A DNA stretch of 55,164 nt, counting the filler, from Sphacelaria rigidula (Eukaryota): NCBI GenBank assembly GCA_964200075.2. It is 4 parts of 4 records of this genome, joined end to end, with 100 filler letters (N's around TTAATTAATTAA, not from the genome) between each part and the next. Parts side by side here need not be neighbours in the genome. Positions count along the whole stretch, not along the records: positions 13,821 to 27,539 come from CAXNAA020002705.1; positions 27,640 to 41,353 come from CAXNAA020002706.1; 2 more parts are not named here. One strand, written 5' to 3'. A program made the position numbers and the translations under genes. Positions 23,036-36,300 of this stretch are shown here, one piece after another. Numbering within the stretch: position 1 is the stretch's first letter; each line of letters starts with the position of its first letter. The notes beneath the pieces are model-generated. The model was not told the DNA's origin. It saw only the letters and a program-made list of their open reading frames with translations, and did not search any database.

Positions 23036-25556
23036 GGGGGGGGGGGGGGAAGAATTATTCACGTTCGTACACATAAAAGCACTGTAGTGAACTCGCAATA
23101 AGGCACGATAATGATGAGAGTCAAGACCACGTTGTTATGAAACATCGAACATTTTGGGGCCCTTCTCTCTTCCTGTACCTGGGGAAAACACTGCCAAGTA
23201 TTCGCCGATGACAACCATGTAATCAGTGTGGGGGCCTCTACTGGCAGCTGTATTAGCTGCAGGAGTGAGTGATCGAACATCAAATAGTGCACACGTCAGG
23301 TAGCTCATGAGCTACCCCATTTTGTTCCTGTCTCCAAAATTTGCTCCCTACAGCGCCGGACGCCGAGCACGCGGGGTAGCGCAAGGGTACAAGTAGTGCA
23401 AGGATCGGACAAATCAATGATTCGTCTGGAAATCACTAAGTCTTAGTGTAATTGATTCGAATCGTACCAATCAATCCTTCGCCTTGTTTTCAACGTTGCA
23501 ACCCAGGTACACGCAGCCCAGCCACGTGGAATGGCGCAAAAGTTGCCTGGATACCCCTTGGACCAGCGGTCAATTTTTTTCTCCCTTTCGGGCAATCAGG
23601 TTGAAGAAATCGTGGATTTTGGTGATTTGTAGTCGTGATGACTCGTCCTAACCGTCAAGTATTACTTCGGCTTCTCGGACCCCGCTGTCACGTATCTTCC
23701 TGGTTAGTTCAGGTAGCTGGGTCATGAGCAGTCAGATGTGCGAAACAGCGGAGTCGTCGGGTAAACTGATCTTTTCCCACATCCGCTTCTACAGGGTGCG
23801 GCGTGGCGTGCAGGCAGCTCCAAAAATCAGCCGCCTCACCGGTGGCCATTATTCACCACATCAGGCCCAGTTTTTCATGTGCGGCGATCTTGGCCGAAAA
23901 AAAAACGCACTTGCGGACCAGATCTTTACCGCTCACACCCTCACGCCTTCGACGACGGAAATTAGATTTTCCTCGGAACGGCCGTATCTTCCTGTTGGAA
24001 TGAAAATCCGCAACTTATCGCCTCAGATGATTGGCCATTGGCGCACCGTTTTTAATTTAGGCCACACGGATGCGGTGGTCCATACGTCTTTCACTATACT
24101 GTAGTATTGATGTATTTAAATTATACTACGCAAAACACCTGACTCATGCAGTACTGAAAGTTTCGCCGGTGCCGGAAATGTCAAGTGCCACACGTCATGA
24201 TCTATCTACACTGGATGGTTAGCTCACCGTATTTTTTCGAGACTCCACAAAACAAAAATCAAATTCAGATTCGCTTGTGATTGATCGCAGCGATACCCCC
24301 CCCCAGAAAAAAAAAATCGGTCGCTAAAAATTGATTTTGGGGGGCGGGCACCTGACTCCCGAAAAGTCCTCTTGGACTTGAAAGGACTTGAAGAAAAGAA
24401 AACGTGGGTTATTCTAGATATTTGATATCTCGTAGGACACACACACACACACACACACACACGAAAGTGCGGTGCCTACAACTATACTCCGCTCATCACA
24501 CTCCCCACCATAACCCCTGTACCACCGTACTGCAATACTGCTGTACTTCGTGTCCGCATGACTGACATGCCCCCATTTCAGGCACCCGATCACGCCATTT
24601 GAGGCAAAATGATTGCACGTTACCGATTGAGTCCGATAGCGGCCCTTCCGTATCTGACTGTTTGGATCTGGAGCAAGGTCATCGTGGGGAATATGAATCG
24701 CTCTCAGCGGACATCTTTTTTCGCCCGCCGCATCACTCCTTTATCCTTCCTGCCAGCTGCCATTGCTCTGAGCGTCTGGTGGCGGGGCTCCGGGACAGGC
24801 CCGTTATTTCCGCGGGACGGATTGTAGTTTCTATACAAAGTGTCCGTAACGTCTTCATGTCATGTCGTCTCGTGTCTAAACACATGACGAAATGTATCTT
24901 GCTGTCCTCTGTCATGACTGATCATCCCAAAAGATCCTCACTTCTTCACTTTTTTCGAATGGGCGGGTGGGTATTCGTTGCTCTCTACTGCAGGAGTTTC
25001 GATCGAGACACAAAAAAGTTGGGGGGAAAGTGGTCGGTCGTTCTGGACGTGATCAGAGTCGTGAACTGATTTTGGAAAACGGATCTTTTGGATCGACCGG
25101 TAGGATACGGCTTTGGACATATGTGCCCATGTACCTCCTGCAGATGGTGAAGCGCCACTAGTGCGTGGTAGTCTGCAGTCCTCTCAGGATGGCGCACCCA
25201 GTGACGTATTTAATGGGCAGCATCAATCACTAGGGTTCAAACGTCTCAATCTTCATTAGAAAAAGAGGCGTCTCATGAGCCGGAGTGCCTTGGTAGGCTC
25301 ATCATGCGCTGCCCGTTCATTTTGTCCTTCTACATTCCGGTGTAAATTGCCCAGCATATTTAGTTGCATCATAATTTTATTACACCATTTAAACGGAAAC
25401 ACACACGTACGGTAAGAACCAATTTTCCGGCTACGGTCGCACTTATCTTCTTGGATTCTATCCGAATACAGTATCCTCACGCGTCCAAAATCCAACACCG
25501 TATACCATGACGGGGTTCAACCTCCAACTGTACCCAAACGATTAAGCAGTACGTAC

Positions 25557-25769
25557 CTTTTCGGGTCCAACTCTGTGAAATGAACACCGCCAGGAAGCGC
25601 CACCATATTGGTTCCGATCGGGCCGTCCACGATCGCCGGATCCGGCCACCCTTGCCCCAGGTACCCCAGTAGAGAAATCTGCTCCCTAGCGTACACGCTA
25701 TGCTTTTCAATAGGCCAGTATCTCAGGTCTGTTCGACCCATCTTCGGCTTGCGGCTGTCCCGTTGTTCC
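25557..25769 (-). CDS. HA-like repeat protein, exon a (5' boundary uncertain, 25769 or 25795)
   Basis: …EQRDSRKPKMGRTDLRYWPIEKHSVYAREQISLLGYLGQGWPDPAIVDGPIGTNMVALPGGVHFTELDPK+AG|gtacgt. The phase-2 donor joins exon b in frame (AG+G = Arg). Confidence 0.6.
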
Positions 25770-27539
25770 CTGTTTTCCTCCGTGTATTGTAATAACTTCA
25801 ACACGGGGGTACCCCAGATTTTCAAGGAGGAAGGGGGGGGGAAGAGACCCGAAACATATCAGGAAGAGCATGTCTTTTTGACTCACCTCTGTAACACTCT
25901 CGTACTATTTATCCCCTTTCGCCCCCAGATGGCACAGGTCAATATGTAGTGAAAGCAAGTGCGTTCGTTCACGACTACTGTATATTACATCGATCGGGGG
26001 TGGAGACAATGGAACACACGCTATGCTCGATTGTTCGAGGTGATCCTCGCGGAGAGAGAGAGGGGGTGCTCAGCGGCCGTCACGTGGTTCGCCGGCGTTG
26101 AACGTCAGCTGGCAATATTGTTCCGGAAAGGGAAGATCAGTCAAAGGGGCTAAGTTTCGGACGCCTGTAGTTGCTGTTGCGAAAATTCCGTCCTCTGACA
26201 ATTCGGCGAGTTATCGGAGGATGGTTTTGTAGGCGTAAATAGACACTCAAAGGACACGAGGGACTTGCAAGAGTATCAAAGGATACGGATAAGACCTGCT
26301 ACATGTCTATACTTTCGGTCCCAAGAATGTATGCCATTCTCGTTCCATGGCGCGATCACAACTGCTCTTCTGCCGTACAGAGATCGTGATACCATAGGAG
26401 AGATGAGTTGATTTCTCGAGACCATATGACATCCAAATCGATCCCGATAAAGGGGAGGGGGAAAAACTGTGACAAAAAACGAAAAACAAAAACCGCCGAA
26501 ACCCTACCCGCGGCACACCCATGAAAAACTAATGACGTCTGTTATATATGAGTGGCAACGGCCTCTTCTACATCACAGGTGTCGTCTCTCCACCAATGGA
26601 AAATATTCCGAAATCCCAACCCACCCCGGAAATGCCGTTTATCTCGCGCGCAACGAACACGTCTTCAATGGGTTCAAGACGAATATCCACGTTCTAGAAA
26701 TTGTTCTTCATGAGGCAAGCAACTTAAATACGGATTGTCGCCGTCAGTGATCATGTCCACGGAAAATACCATGCTCCCCATGCAAGACCGATCGGCTTGG
26801 GCTTTTGCGAGCACTGCGTCTACTCTATAGTTGTAGAGTCTTTGATTCGTGGATGTACGAGTGTGGCGCACACACAGATTGCCACGGTACTACTCCTCGA
26901 AAAAAGCCGGTCACCTCTATGACCGGACGGATTTGCAACTTGTTAGTCGTCGAGAATGACTTTGAGTGCCCGAGAAATACGGAGCGCCAGGAATATCATC
27001 TCAACCCAAGATGAACGATAATCATGGCGAGAAAAATAATAATTCGTGCCTAAGAAGGGAAAGACAAAGAGATTGAAATGATGATGGGGAGGGGGGAAGT
27101 ACCGTAATAATGGACTCAAAAACTAGAAACGCGAACAATAAGCAAACATGTGCACCCGGGAATAAAAACATGGAAGAACAAAAATCAACGTACAGTCGCA
27201 GAACAAACACGGATGGAAGAACAAAAACAATGAAGAAATGAAGAAATGAAAAAATAAAGACAGCAACAGCAACAGCAACGGACCGACTCGGGGGTAGAAC
27301 TTTTTCCCGTCGGTGGGGGCTTGACATCATCCCGAGGCCCACAGTTGTCGAAGGGAGCGGGATCGAGGCTCTTCAAACCTCCGCTCTCGCCCAATCCGCC
27401 GTCTCTTTCTGGCCCAATGGGTACCCTCTGGAACAAACAGACCGAAACATCAACAAGGAGGAAAAGAAAATCGCCGAAGGTAAAGTAAATATACCTTGAT
27501 TGATAATCCTACTATGATACACGGTCATCATTTTCCAGG

Positions 27540-27639
27540 NNNNNNNNNNNNNNNNNNNNNNNNNNNNNNNNNNNNNNNNNNNNTTAATTAATTAANNNNN
27601 NNNNNNNNNNNNNNNNNNNNNNNNNNNNNNNNNNNNNNN
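27540..27639. other. Artificial contig spacer
   Basis: N44-TTAATTAATTAA-N44. Confidence 0.95.
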
Positions 27640-28214
27640 GTGTCGACAATATGAGGCGCTTCATGCAGCCTAAACCCAAACATCAGGCCCTGTATGGCCA
27701 CTTTTTTCGTGACACTTTTGGGCTGGGGGGGGCTATCGTAGAAAGTGTCAAAGTTCCGCCGTTTGTTTCGAGAAAAAATATTTCCCGTTGCTGGAAATAT
27801 TTCATGAATGTCAAAATCGGAAATGAATGTCATCGGTGGGAAACTCCCTGCCCCTTTTGAACTTTAGGACTCGAAAAAAACTCCGGCACCATTTCCTTCC
27901 AACATCACGAGGGAATTCAATGGACAGCGGCTATTCCGTCACCTGGTGAGAGCCGTTTCAAACGTATACGAGAAGAGTTATAGACACCGGAGCAATAATG
28001 CGCGACAACAAGGCAAGCTATGGGAAGTTTCACAAGACTAATATGATCCCCAGTTGTTGCAAGGCCACTTGGACCCCATTTTAGTGTTCAACCTCATTAT
28101 TCAGGATCTCCTACTTGATGCCGACGAGGTTCCGATTGTTTTTTTTCTCATATTGTCAACAAACATTCGTCGCGTCGGATAACTCAACTTACCTTCACTC
28201 GATTGAATTTATCT

Positions 28215-28650
28215 TCGTGCAACTCAGCGGCAGCACGCTCCTCAATTGGGTGAGTTATATATGGTACGGTATCGCTCAGCAGTACCTTTTCCCACTGGAT
28301 GGGTTATATGGCGTACTCAGCGGAACTTTTTCCCCGCTGGATGACTTATTATACGATATAGCTCAGCGGTACCTATTTCCACTGGCTGAGTTATTCGGTA
28401 TAACTCAGCGGTACTTACTTCCACTGGATGGGTTTTACGGTTCACTTCAGAGGTAGGTAGGTTCTTATTTCCGCCGCATGACGTTTACGGTATAACTTAG
28501 CGGTACTTATTTTCACCGAAAGAGTTCTATATATGGTATACCTCGGCGGTACCTATTTTACCGGCTGAGTTATACAATATACCTCAGCGGAACCTACTTT
28601 CAATGGATGAGTTACGTACAGTATAACTTCGCGGAAGCTTCCTATTTCCG
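28215..28650. repeat. Minisatellite, unit about 40 bp
   Basis: Roughly ten degenerate head-to-tail copies of ggtataactcagcggtacttatttccactggatgagttatac, plus one more copy at about 28927-28975. Confidence 0.85.
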
Positions 28651-28674
28651 CTGGCTCTGGCTTACATGGGAGCA

Positions 28675-28920
28675 ATGCTACGGCAGGGATGCACTTTTTA
28701 CGCGAAGTCTTAACTGGTTCAGGGGCTCCCAACGACTCTAGATTGCACGAGAATATGGGCCAGGGCATCCCCGTTTGCAAATCCACTCGGGAAATCTCTA
28801 GCACATTAAAATAGCAATCCTGGCGTACCCTCACATATTTCTCAAGTGGTGTTATGGATGAGATACAGGGCTTCAAACAATTCAATCCTCAGAAATATTT
28901 GTGCACCCCTACCGTAGTAT
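28675..28920 (-). mobile_element. MITE of about 245 bp (copy 1)
   Basis: TIR consensus ATGCTACGGTAGGGGTGCAC. Inverted homologue at 29784-30030. Confidence 0.75.
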
Positions 28921-29214
28921 AACTCATGGCATAACTCAGCAATATCTACCTCCATTGGATGAGTTCTACAGTGTCATAAGTAACACCATGCTCACTCGAA
29001 GATACAAGATCCAACATATGGCCATGCGAAAAATGAGTCGATGGTCCTCTTGTTTCCGCATGTTCTACATAGTTAAATATACAGAATAACACACAAGGGC
29101 TCTCCAATCATGCGCAAAGAATCATGACAGCAGAGATGGACGGCGGCGAGGGCAATATCAGCACCCCTCCCGCCACGGCTGCACCTCCATCCACCAACGA
29201 AAACGCCGCGCATA

Positions 29215-29390
29215 CTCGTTGTGGCAACTCGAAACAACAGGGTAGTGTTGTTAGATGCTTTGTGGCTGGGATCAAAAAGGTATAGCAGATGCCGTGCGGA
29301 CATCGTTGTGGCGACTCGAAACAACAGGGTGGTGTTGTTAGATGCTTCGTGGCTAGGATCAAAAAGATATAGCAGATGCCGTGCGGCCAT
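29215..29390. repeat. Tandem duplication, 87-bp unit x2
   Basis: gtggc(a/g)actcgaaacaacaggg…tatagcagatgccgtgcgg occurs twice (a 29-aa repeat in ORF 29073..29450). Confidence 0.8.
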
Positions 29391-29783
29391 TCGCCTATGA
29401 TGCGAGCCATGGAGAAAATGAGAAGATTGGGTTTGTGTTTTGAACCACACAGCACTGAATTAGTGGGTGTTCCCCGTCACAAACCAGATATGAACTATGA
29501 CTAATCATGCTCAAGTCATACCCTTCCTCCAACTGACTGCCAGAGGCATGTAATCAACGCCCGCCTTAGTCCTGCCGGACAGTAACACCGCAGGAAAGAC
29601 AGGATGTTTCGTGACAACCTGTTTCTCACGAAAAACCCGAAAAGCTGGAAGTAGAAACCATCCCAAACTCACATTCCCCACAGATCGTACTCGCACCCCA
29701 TCAATGATCACATCAGGACCAACAGCCAGCTAATCATTTCCCTGAAGCATTCAGCCCAGTGGTTGACAAGAGTGTACTGAGTG

Positions 29784-30030
29784 ATGCTACGGTAGGGGTG
29801 CACAAATGATTTCTGAGGCTAGAATTGTCAGGAGCCCTTGATCTCATGCAAAACACCACTTATGAAAATATGTAAAAGTACGCCAGGACTACTACTCCAT
29901 TGTGCTGGGGATATCCCGAGTGAATCTGCAAACATGGATGCCCTGATCCATGTTCTTGTGCATCTAGAATCGTTAGGAGCCCCTGAACCAGACAATATTT
30001 CGCGGGAAAAGTGCACACCTACCGTGGCAT
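29784..30030 (+). mobile_element. MITE of about 245 bp (copy 2)
   Basis: ATGCTACGGTAGGGGTGCAC…GTGCACACCTACCGTGGCAT. Confidence 0.75.
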
Positions 30031-31983
30031 TGCTCTACTTCTCTCGTAGTTCAAGGCGGCAACGCTATCGACTCTGTGTTCACAGCTACACAGGATGAAA
30101 TCATATTCCACGACAGTCGAAGTTCATACGTGATGAAGAACTATCGCAGTTGGCAGTCCAATCAATTCACGACACATAACTTGAAACATGTCCATTAGGG
30201 TATTTCAACCCAAGTGAATACTTTCATTGACCAACCAATACGACTCGGAACACAAGCCACCCTTCAAAAATCCCAACGTACTAGCATACACAATCCTAAA
30301 TAATCGATTGGTGATAAAATGTATGAAATCATTCGATTTTCCGACTATACCAGTAATTGTCACACAAGCGAATCAAATTGTATGTTCAACCACTTGGACT
30401 ACAAATTCCATTCATGAATACTATGTGAGACAAGGACCAAGCGAGTTTTGGTGAAAGAACCATCATAATAGTTCTGCAAATAGTGAATCCAGAACCACCA
30501 ACAACTAGCTTCTACACGAGAGCAGTGACCACCGACATGTCCAATTTGAATTCAAAACAACATAACCACGCCCCCAGCAAACGTCAGAGAAATACCACAA
30601 CGTCCCTGAGATAGATACTTTCTACCGAATATTTTATGCTCACCCAGAGAGCCGCTTCGACTTCTACACCTACAGCGTACAGTTAAATCGCACAACTGTT
30701 TTGTTGCTGCTGCCGTGGCGCTCTAGCGCTGCAGGATCAAAATCAACCCGAAGTAGTGTTCATTTCACATCAATCCACCCTCGGCTTCGTATTTCAATGT
30801 AAACCGTGATGCCAGAATTGTATCGCGATATCTTACGCGCACTTTCATCAACAAAAACATGTCCGAGTCTCTGGACCACTGGCGTCTTGAATGTTGATGC
30901 ACACTGTACAATCGCTCATGCTTTTTATCCATTCATACGCAAAGCACGACACCAAAAAATCGGATACTCTATCCTTACCTACAAGAGTTGAATGCCGAGC
31001 GATGAGCAAGATACACCCTGATACTTGAACCATAGTTGGGTAGGTCGTGCTTCCTACGTACGGCGTACTAGGGTGGAGTTTGCTGTTGCTCATTTGTAAT
31101 GACCGAAGGCGCCGCCATGCCGTACGTCAAACATGTTCCGAGCTTGCTCTCGTCCGCAGTAGTCAAATCACACCCAGCACTGTACTTGCAGTTTTTCGCT
31201 CAGCGAGGGACTTCCACTCACTCACGACCATACGTGACTGAACATGGAGAAGTCGCCAAGCTGTGGGACATGGACATACCTTCACATTCAGAAACCATGC
31301 AAGCCTCAGCACAAGTTACAATCCACCACTCAACCAACAGTTATGTCTGTTTACCTACATTTATGGTACATGATATCGCCTGTTGGTTCAACGTATAGAA
31401 GAACAGGACGACTGCGGTCAAAATTGCGGCGTACCAATCGCGATGGCTATGATGCAACCCTCGTCAAGATACAAACAACCGTTGGTGCTCCACCCCTGGG
31501 GGCTCCACCACTTTGGTTTCGTGGAAAGACATGAAACACTATATAAAAATTGTCGCACGTACATCCTGTACAAGAATAAGAGTCTGAACAGTCCAGTCCG
31601 CAATTCAGCTCTCAACCGAGGGAACTGTCAGGTACGCTCACGCATCCGAGATATCGTATGCTTGCCGTCACAAGCAGTTGCCACACGATGCTACAACTGG
31701 ATAATTTGCAAAATACGAAGATGGGTGAATCTTCACTGTGGAATGCAAAAAACTCAAAATTGTTGCACGCTTATCCTAACCGGGACAAGCGAGACGACGT
31801 TCGCTGGGCAAACCACATACATGTACAGTCATGCCAACAAACGTGAAACACACAGAAAAGACACACACACGACGCGAGCGTTGCACCCAACGCTCCGGAT
31901 TCAGCCCGAAGCACTGAGCTGCCCCCCTACCCCATGCTGGATGGCGTGTCTGTCCCATGCGTTCCACTGCCGATGCAGACAGA

Positions 31984-32199
31984 TCACGTACCACCGATGA
32001 TGCCCTGAGATACGGTCTCGCGTGCCATGTACTTGTGAAGTTTGGATTTCCCATAGTCGCCATTCTTGAGATGCTTTAGGTAGTGCGATGAGATCATGTG
32101 GCCCCATCGAGGCTTATCCGGGAGAATCATCTCGCCTGCGGTGTAGATGTTCCATTCGTCCTTCACCGTCTCCGGAGCATGAGCACCAAGCATTCCAAC
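31984..32199 (-). CDS. Alpha/beta-hydrolase-fold protein, exon 6 (probably terminal)
   Basis: ggtag|VGMLGAHAPETVKDEWNIYTAGEMILPDKPRWGHMISSHYLKHLKNGDYGKSKLHKYMARETVSQGIIGGT*. The GH....HYL motif holds the candidate catalytic His. A gtacgt donor just before the stop is possible. Confidence 0.8.
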   Translation of the reverse strand, partial: VGMLGAHAPETVKDEWNIYTAGEMILPDKPRWGHMISSHYLKHLKNGDYGKSKLHKYMARETVSQGIIGGT

Positions 32200-32541
32200 C
32201 TACCGCGTTGATGGGCGTGCGCATTGGCATCAATGCCCTTTACATGTTTGCGGGTGCAATAAAACGCGCGACTCGCGGCGTACATCTACAGTACACAAGA
32301 TGTATCGCCTTCAGTACTGTATGCTCAAGTAGGCTGAGTGTATACCACATGCCTGATGTATAATCGTACGGGTGGGGTGTAGAAATTGGCATCAGCTCAC
32401 TGTACATTTCAAGTACCTCATCTATAGCTTCAACACGCGAGGATCGAGCTCATCGCGTGCTGTTGTTGATGCCTAAACGGATGCTGGTGTTCGCGACCCC
32501 CAGCAAAACAGCCCATGCTCCTCAACGACATGTGTACTCAC

Positions 32542-32649
32542 GTTGTCGTAGTTGTTGCCAATGTTCTCGATATAGGGCGCCCCATTTTCTTGGAACATCC
32601 AGTGCCCAGCGTTGGCGAAGTTGTAAATCTCAAATTTCTGCATTGCAGA
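32542..32649 (-). CDS. Alpha/beta-hydrolase-fold protein, exon 5
   Basis: atgcag|SAMQKFEIYNFANAGHWMFQENGAPYIENIGNNYDN|gtgagt, phase 0/0 (alternative acceptor 32637). It has 'K.E.Y.F..A' and 'IE...N..D.V' motifs. Confidence 0.85.
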
Positions 32650-34982
32650 CTGCATACAACGGGCGGATAAGGTTGTAAAAATTGTCATTCCTGGTGTATT
32701 CAGCTGTCGCAAGGTGGTGTGCTTCCGTTTGGTAGTCCTTGCTACCGCTTGGCTGTGCTAGTTGAATGGGCCTATATCATGGCAGCTCTCTGCCACGTTC
32801 TTCCTCCCTGAATACCCCTTGCTGTGCTACTTGAAGCGGCCGATATAATGGCGGTGTTTCGCGACGCGGTTTTTGCTGCTTTTTTACTCGGCCGCGCCAG
32901 TTGGAGAGAGGCTGGCCGATGTAGTGGCGGTTTTCCGACGAACCTTTACTCTCTGGTTCGTCATGTGGATGTGCTACAGGGGGTGCCGAGCATGTCTTGT
33001 GTTGTTTTCGCCCGTTCTTGTGCTGCAGCATGAAAATCAGTGGTGATACTAGTCCCATGCTGTTTCAGTAATTTACTGTTTGTTCATACGCGCGGAAAGT
33101 TCCAACCCATGATCTTCCACCTCCGGGCTTGGCGGTTGTCAAGACCTCATCGCCCACGTAAACGGCAGGGTCGGTTTGAGGAACTTTTCATCGGCGTTGG
33201 CATTCCCAGGAAGGCCGGAACAACGGCTATGATATGCAGATTGTTTTGTCGCACTGCTACATTCCATATCCGATTTTCACGATGTGACAACAGTAACGCA
33301 ACCGCTGGGTATCATCATGATTAACCCGAGCAGCAAAAAAATAACGCTTCTCACGCGGTGCAACGGTTGTGTAGTTTCGAGGAAACACTTATAACGCCTA
33401 CACAAACCGTCTGCAGCAGTAAATCCTCACATTCACATCCCCCGACGTGGAGGGTGGACTTGCTTCAAAGCTGTAACCACCGGTTGTCACAAAATTGAAA
33501 TTTCGGAGTGAAGAATTGGGAATCTTCACAATCTGGCGAAATCCCTGTCACCAACTTCTTCCGAATTCGGGAGGAAAATCCAGATTTCAGGACTCCACAC
33601 TCCTTGGCATCATATTGTTTGAGTTTTTCAAATACCTCCACCGACAGCTTCAAAGCAAACATACCCACGATGTTGGGAGTGATGAATGAGAGGAGATACC
33701 ACTTCAAGATGATCACCCACTCTGAAGGTAACAATGTACCAGCTGCTGCCACTGAAACCCAGACAAACAGGTGAAAAATTGTTTAGTCCAGGGTAAGCGA
33801 ATATCGTAGTTTGACACTGTACCCACACATGTAAGCAGTGATTGTGGACGCAGTCGCCACTCGTGACATTTGGTTTTTGACATTGGGGCGCGCGGGGGGG
33901 GGGGAAGCAGGGGGGGTGGGGGCGTCAGTGGGCCGCTGGTGTCTCTATAATAGTGTCCTATTATTCAGTTCCCCTCAAGTTCAGGGTACATGGATCATTG
34001 CTCATAGCACATTTTTACGCCGCATTTTTTCAGTCGTTATTGCACTGCTGAAATTGTAGAAAAAACGCGTTTCCGTCTTTCGTTGAAAATTGTCAAGAGT
34101 GCTTTTGCTCTGTATATTTCAGGCTTTGCTCTTCTTGTTATTATTTCCAGGAGCCCCGAAAAAAGTTATAACCACGGCCATGTGATTCTTGACTTTTGGA
34201 AGGATTTTTCACAACAAAATCATGTTCGAACACCTTTTAAAGGGATTTTATGTTTGCTCACATTATCGGGGAGATGCGTGCGCCGGGCAGCACTACAACG
34301 AGCAGCAGAACCAACTTTCGAGGGTGATCACATCACAAATTGGACATCGAAGCTCGCATCGCAATGGAAACCAGGTCGGAAAACCTTCCCCAATCCGAAA
34401 GCTGAAAATAGTAACAATGATGGGGGCAACACCCTGTTCCCCATGGCCTACAACGGACTCAAGTGACTGCTGCAAACAAAGCAGGTTCCCGTAGGTTCAT
34501 AGCGCTGGGTCACACATGGTGTGATTGTCAACGACTGTCTGTGTGGATTTATTTGCGCCGAATTCATCACCTTCTTCTGCCTAACCGCCCTCACTGATAC
34601 CCAGCCTATTTTATGCAGGTGTACGTCCCACGTACTGTGCGTCAACAGGTCCACCGCCAACAGGACACCAAGCACTCACGGAAAACCTGCCGCTGGGCAG
34701 GCGTCGCAGACGCCGCCGAACGGCACCTACGCAGTGGTGGAGATGGAACGAATCGCTGCCGCTGCCCCCGCCGCCTACAGTCTCGCTCAAACTATCAGCG
34801 GTAACCATAGCTGATGCGACGGCTGTAGGGGCAATGCCTTACGCCCCCGCCGCAGCCGCCACCATCCAGTCTATATTATGTAGTACATATTTTTCTGTCG
34901 CTTGAATAGCTGTGCTTCCAGGGTACAGTACTTTTTCGTCTGGCATCAGTCGCCGATGGTTGTGTCTGGGCGGTGCATATAC

Positions 34983-35300
34983 GTGTGTGTGTGTGTGTGT
35001 GTGTTTGGTCCCATTCATTCTGGATTCCTATACCTTCCGGTGTTTGCGGGCAAACCAGCCGGGGTCACAGAGGAAGAAGATCAAACAAGAGTTATTTTTT
35101 CTTTTTTTGGTCTCCAGCTATCTTCCTTCCGCAGTGCTTGTCTTACGATTTATAGCGAGAACGGTTCGGCCGTCCCTTTCCCAGGGCGACAGTGAAATCG
35201 ATTTTAGTTTGCTCACGAAAAAAACGTTTTCCACTGTTGGGTACATGGTGAAAAAAAAAAAATGTAGGAGTGCGAATCCAGGGCGTCGTCGGCTAGCTCG
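34983..35300 (-). mobile_element. tRNA-derived SINE with (CA)n tail, second copy
   Basis: Homologous to 8371-8730 (ccagccgggg(t/c)cac…ccttcc…gtgcttg…cctttccc…tccactgttggg). Confidence 0.75.
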
Positions 35301-35719
35301 TGCGGTTTTCATGTAAAACCCACGTTTGTCGACCGTTTTGGGCGCGCGTGCATCTATCGTCGACGGTCGGCCTCGTTGGTGTTTTTTTCGTGCACTATAC
35401 CGATTGCTGGGCTGCAGGGGGTACGGGCGCATATATTGTGAATGGCCGCTACAATGGATAGCCTACGTCGGTGGCCGCCGTAGTTTGGACACCGCAGCAA
35501 AATTAATATGAACCAGATATTGGATCTTCGACTCGGAGGGTACTAACAATATGTAATCGGTTGCCCAACATGTCGCAGCATTATCTGAAAGTGTTGCTCG
35601 GCCCTCAATTCGCGATCTGTCACTGGGCCTCTGCAGAGCGGTTGCTATTTTTGTGCGGGTTCTTTACTTGACTCTAAAGTCCGAGCTCGGGTTGTACGAT
35701 CTGCCATGTTTCCGCTGCA

Positions 35720-36300
35720 GTGATAGTACAACACCTCGAAATCGGTGCGGCTGTACAATACTTCAGTGACAACGATAATTATACAGCACCGCGAAAATTG
35801 CTGCCGTTGTTTAGTCCCTCAACATCAACGATATCAAAGAACCTCACAATCACTGCGATTGTACAACACTTAAGAGACAACGATTGATTATGTGAAACAT
35901 CTCAAAATCACAGCGACTGCACAATACGCCGGCGACATATATTGCTTCATTCCTAGAACACGCCACGATTGCGTGAAATTCGGCGGCTGCGATTGTGCAT
36001 CACCTCAAAATCGCAGCGACTTGTACGTTACTTTGCGTTTGCGATCGTACAACAATTCGGAAATCGCTGTGGTTGTGAAACTTTACGATACTAGAGCGAC
36101 ATTAACTGAACGCTATCGTGAAATCAATCACAGCCAATGTACAATGCTTCGCGTCAAGAACCGTAGCATTCCTTGAATATTGTTGTGAATGTGATGCTCT
36201 ACGATGCTAAAGCAATAACGATTGTGCAAAAGCTCAAAATCGCAGGGACTGAAAATTACCCGGCGAGGACAATTGTTCAAAAGTCTCAACCGCGGGCATT
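35720..36300. repeat. Degenerate array of AATCGC/GCGATT-type motifs (TE subterminal-like)
   Basis: aaatc(g/a)c…gcgatt…tacaa motifs recur in both orientations. Confidence 0.45.

Noticed and set aside
23300..25500. Coding-like minus-strand stretches with stops
   Set aside because: No identifiable domain. They are intronic and probably TE relics, so no call is supported.
28215..28650. CRISPR-like regularly spaced repeats
   Set aside because: The units are contiguous and degenerate with no unique spacers, there are no cas genes, and the context is eukaryotic. It is a minisatellite.
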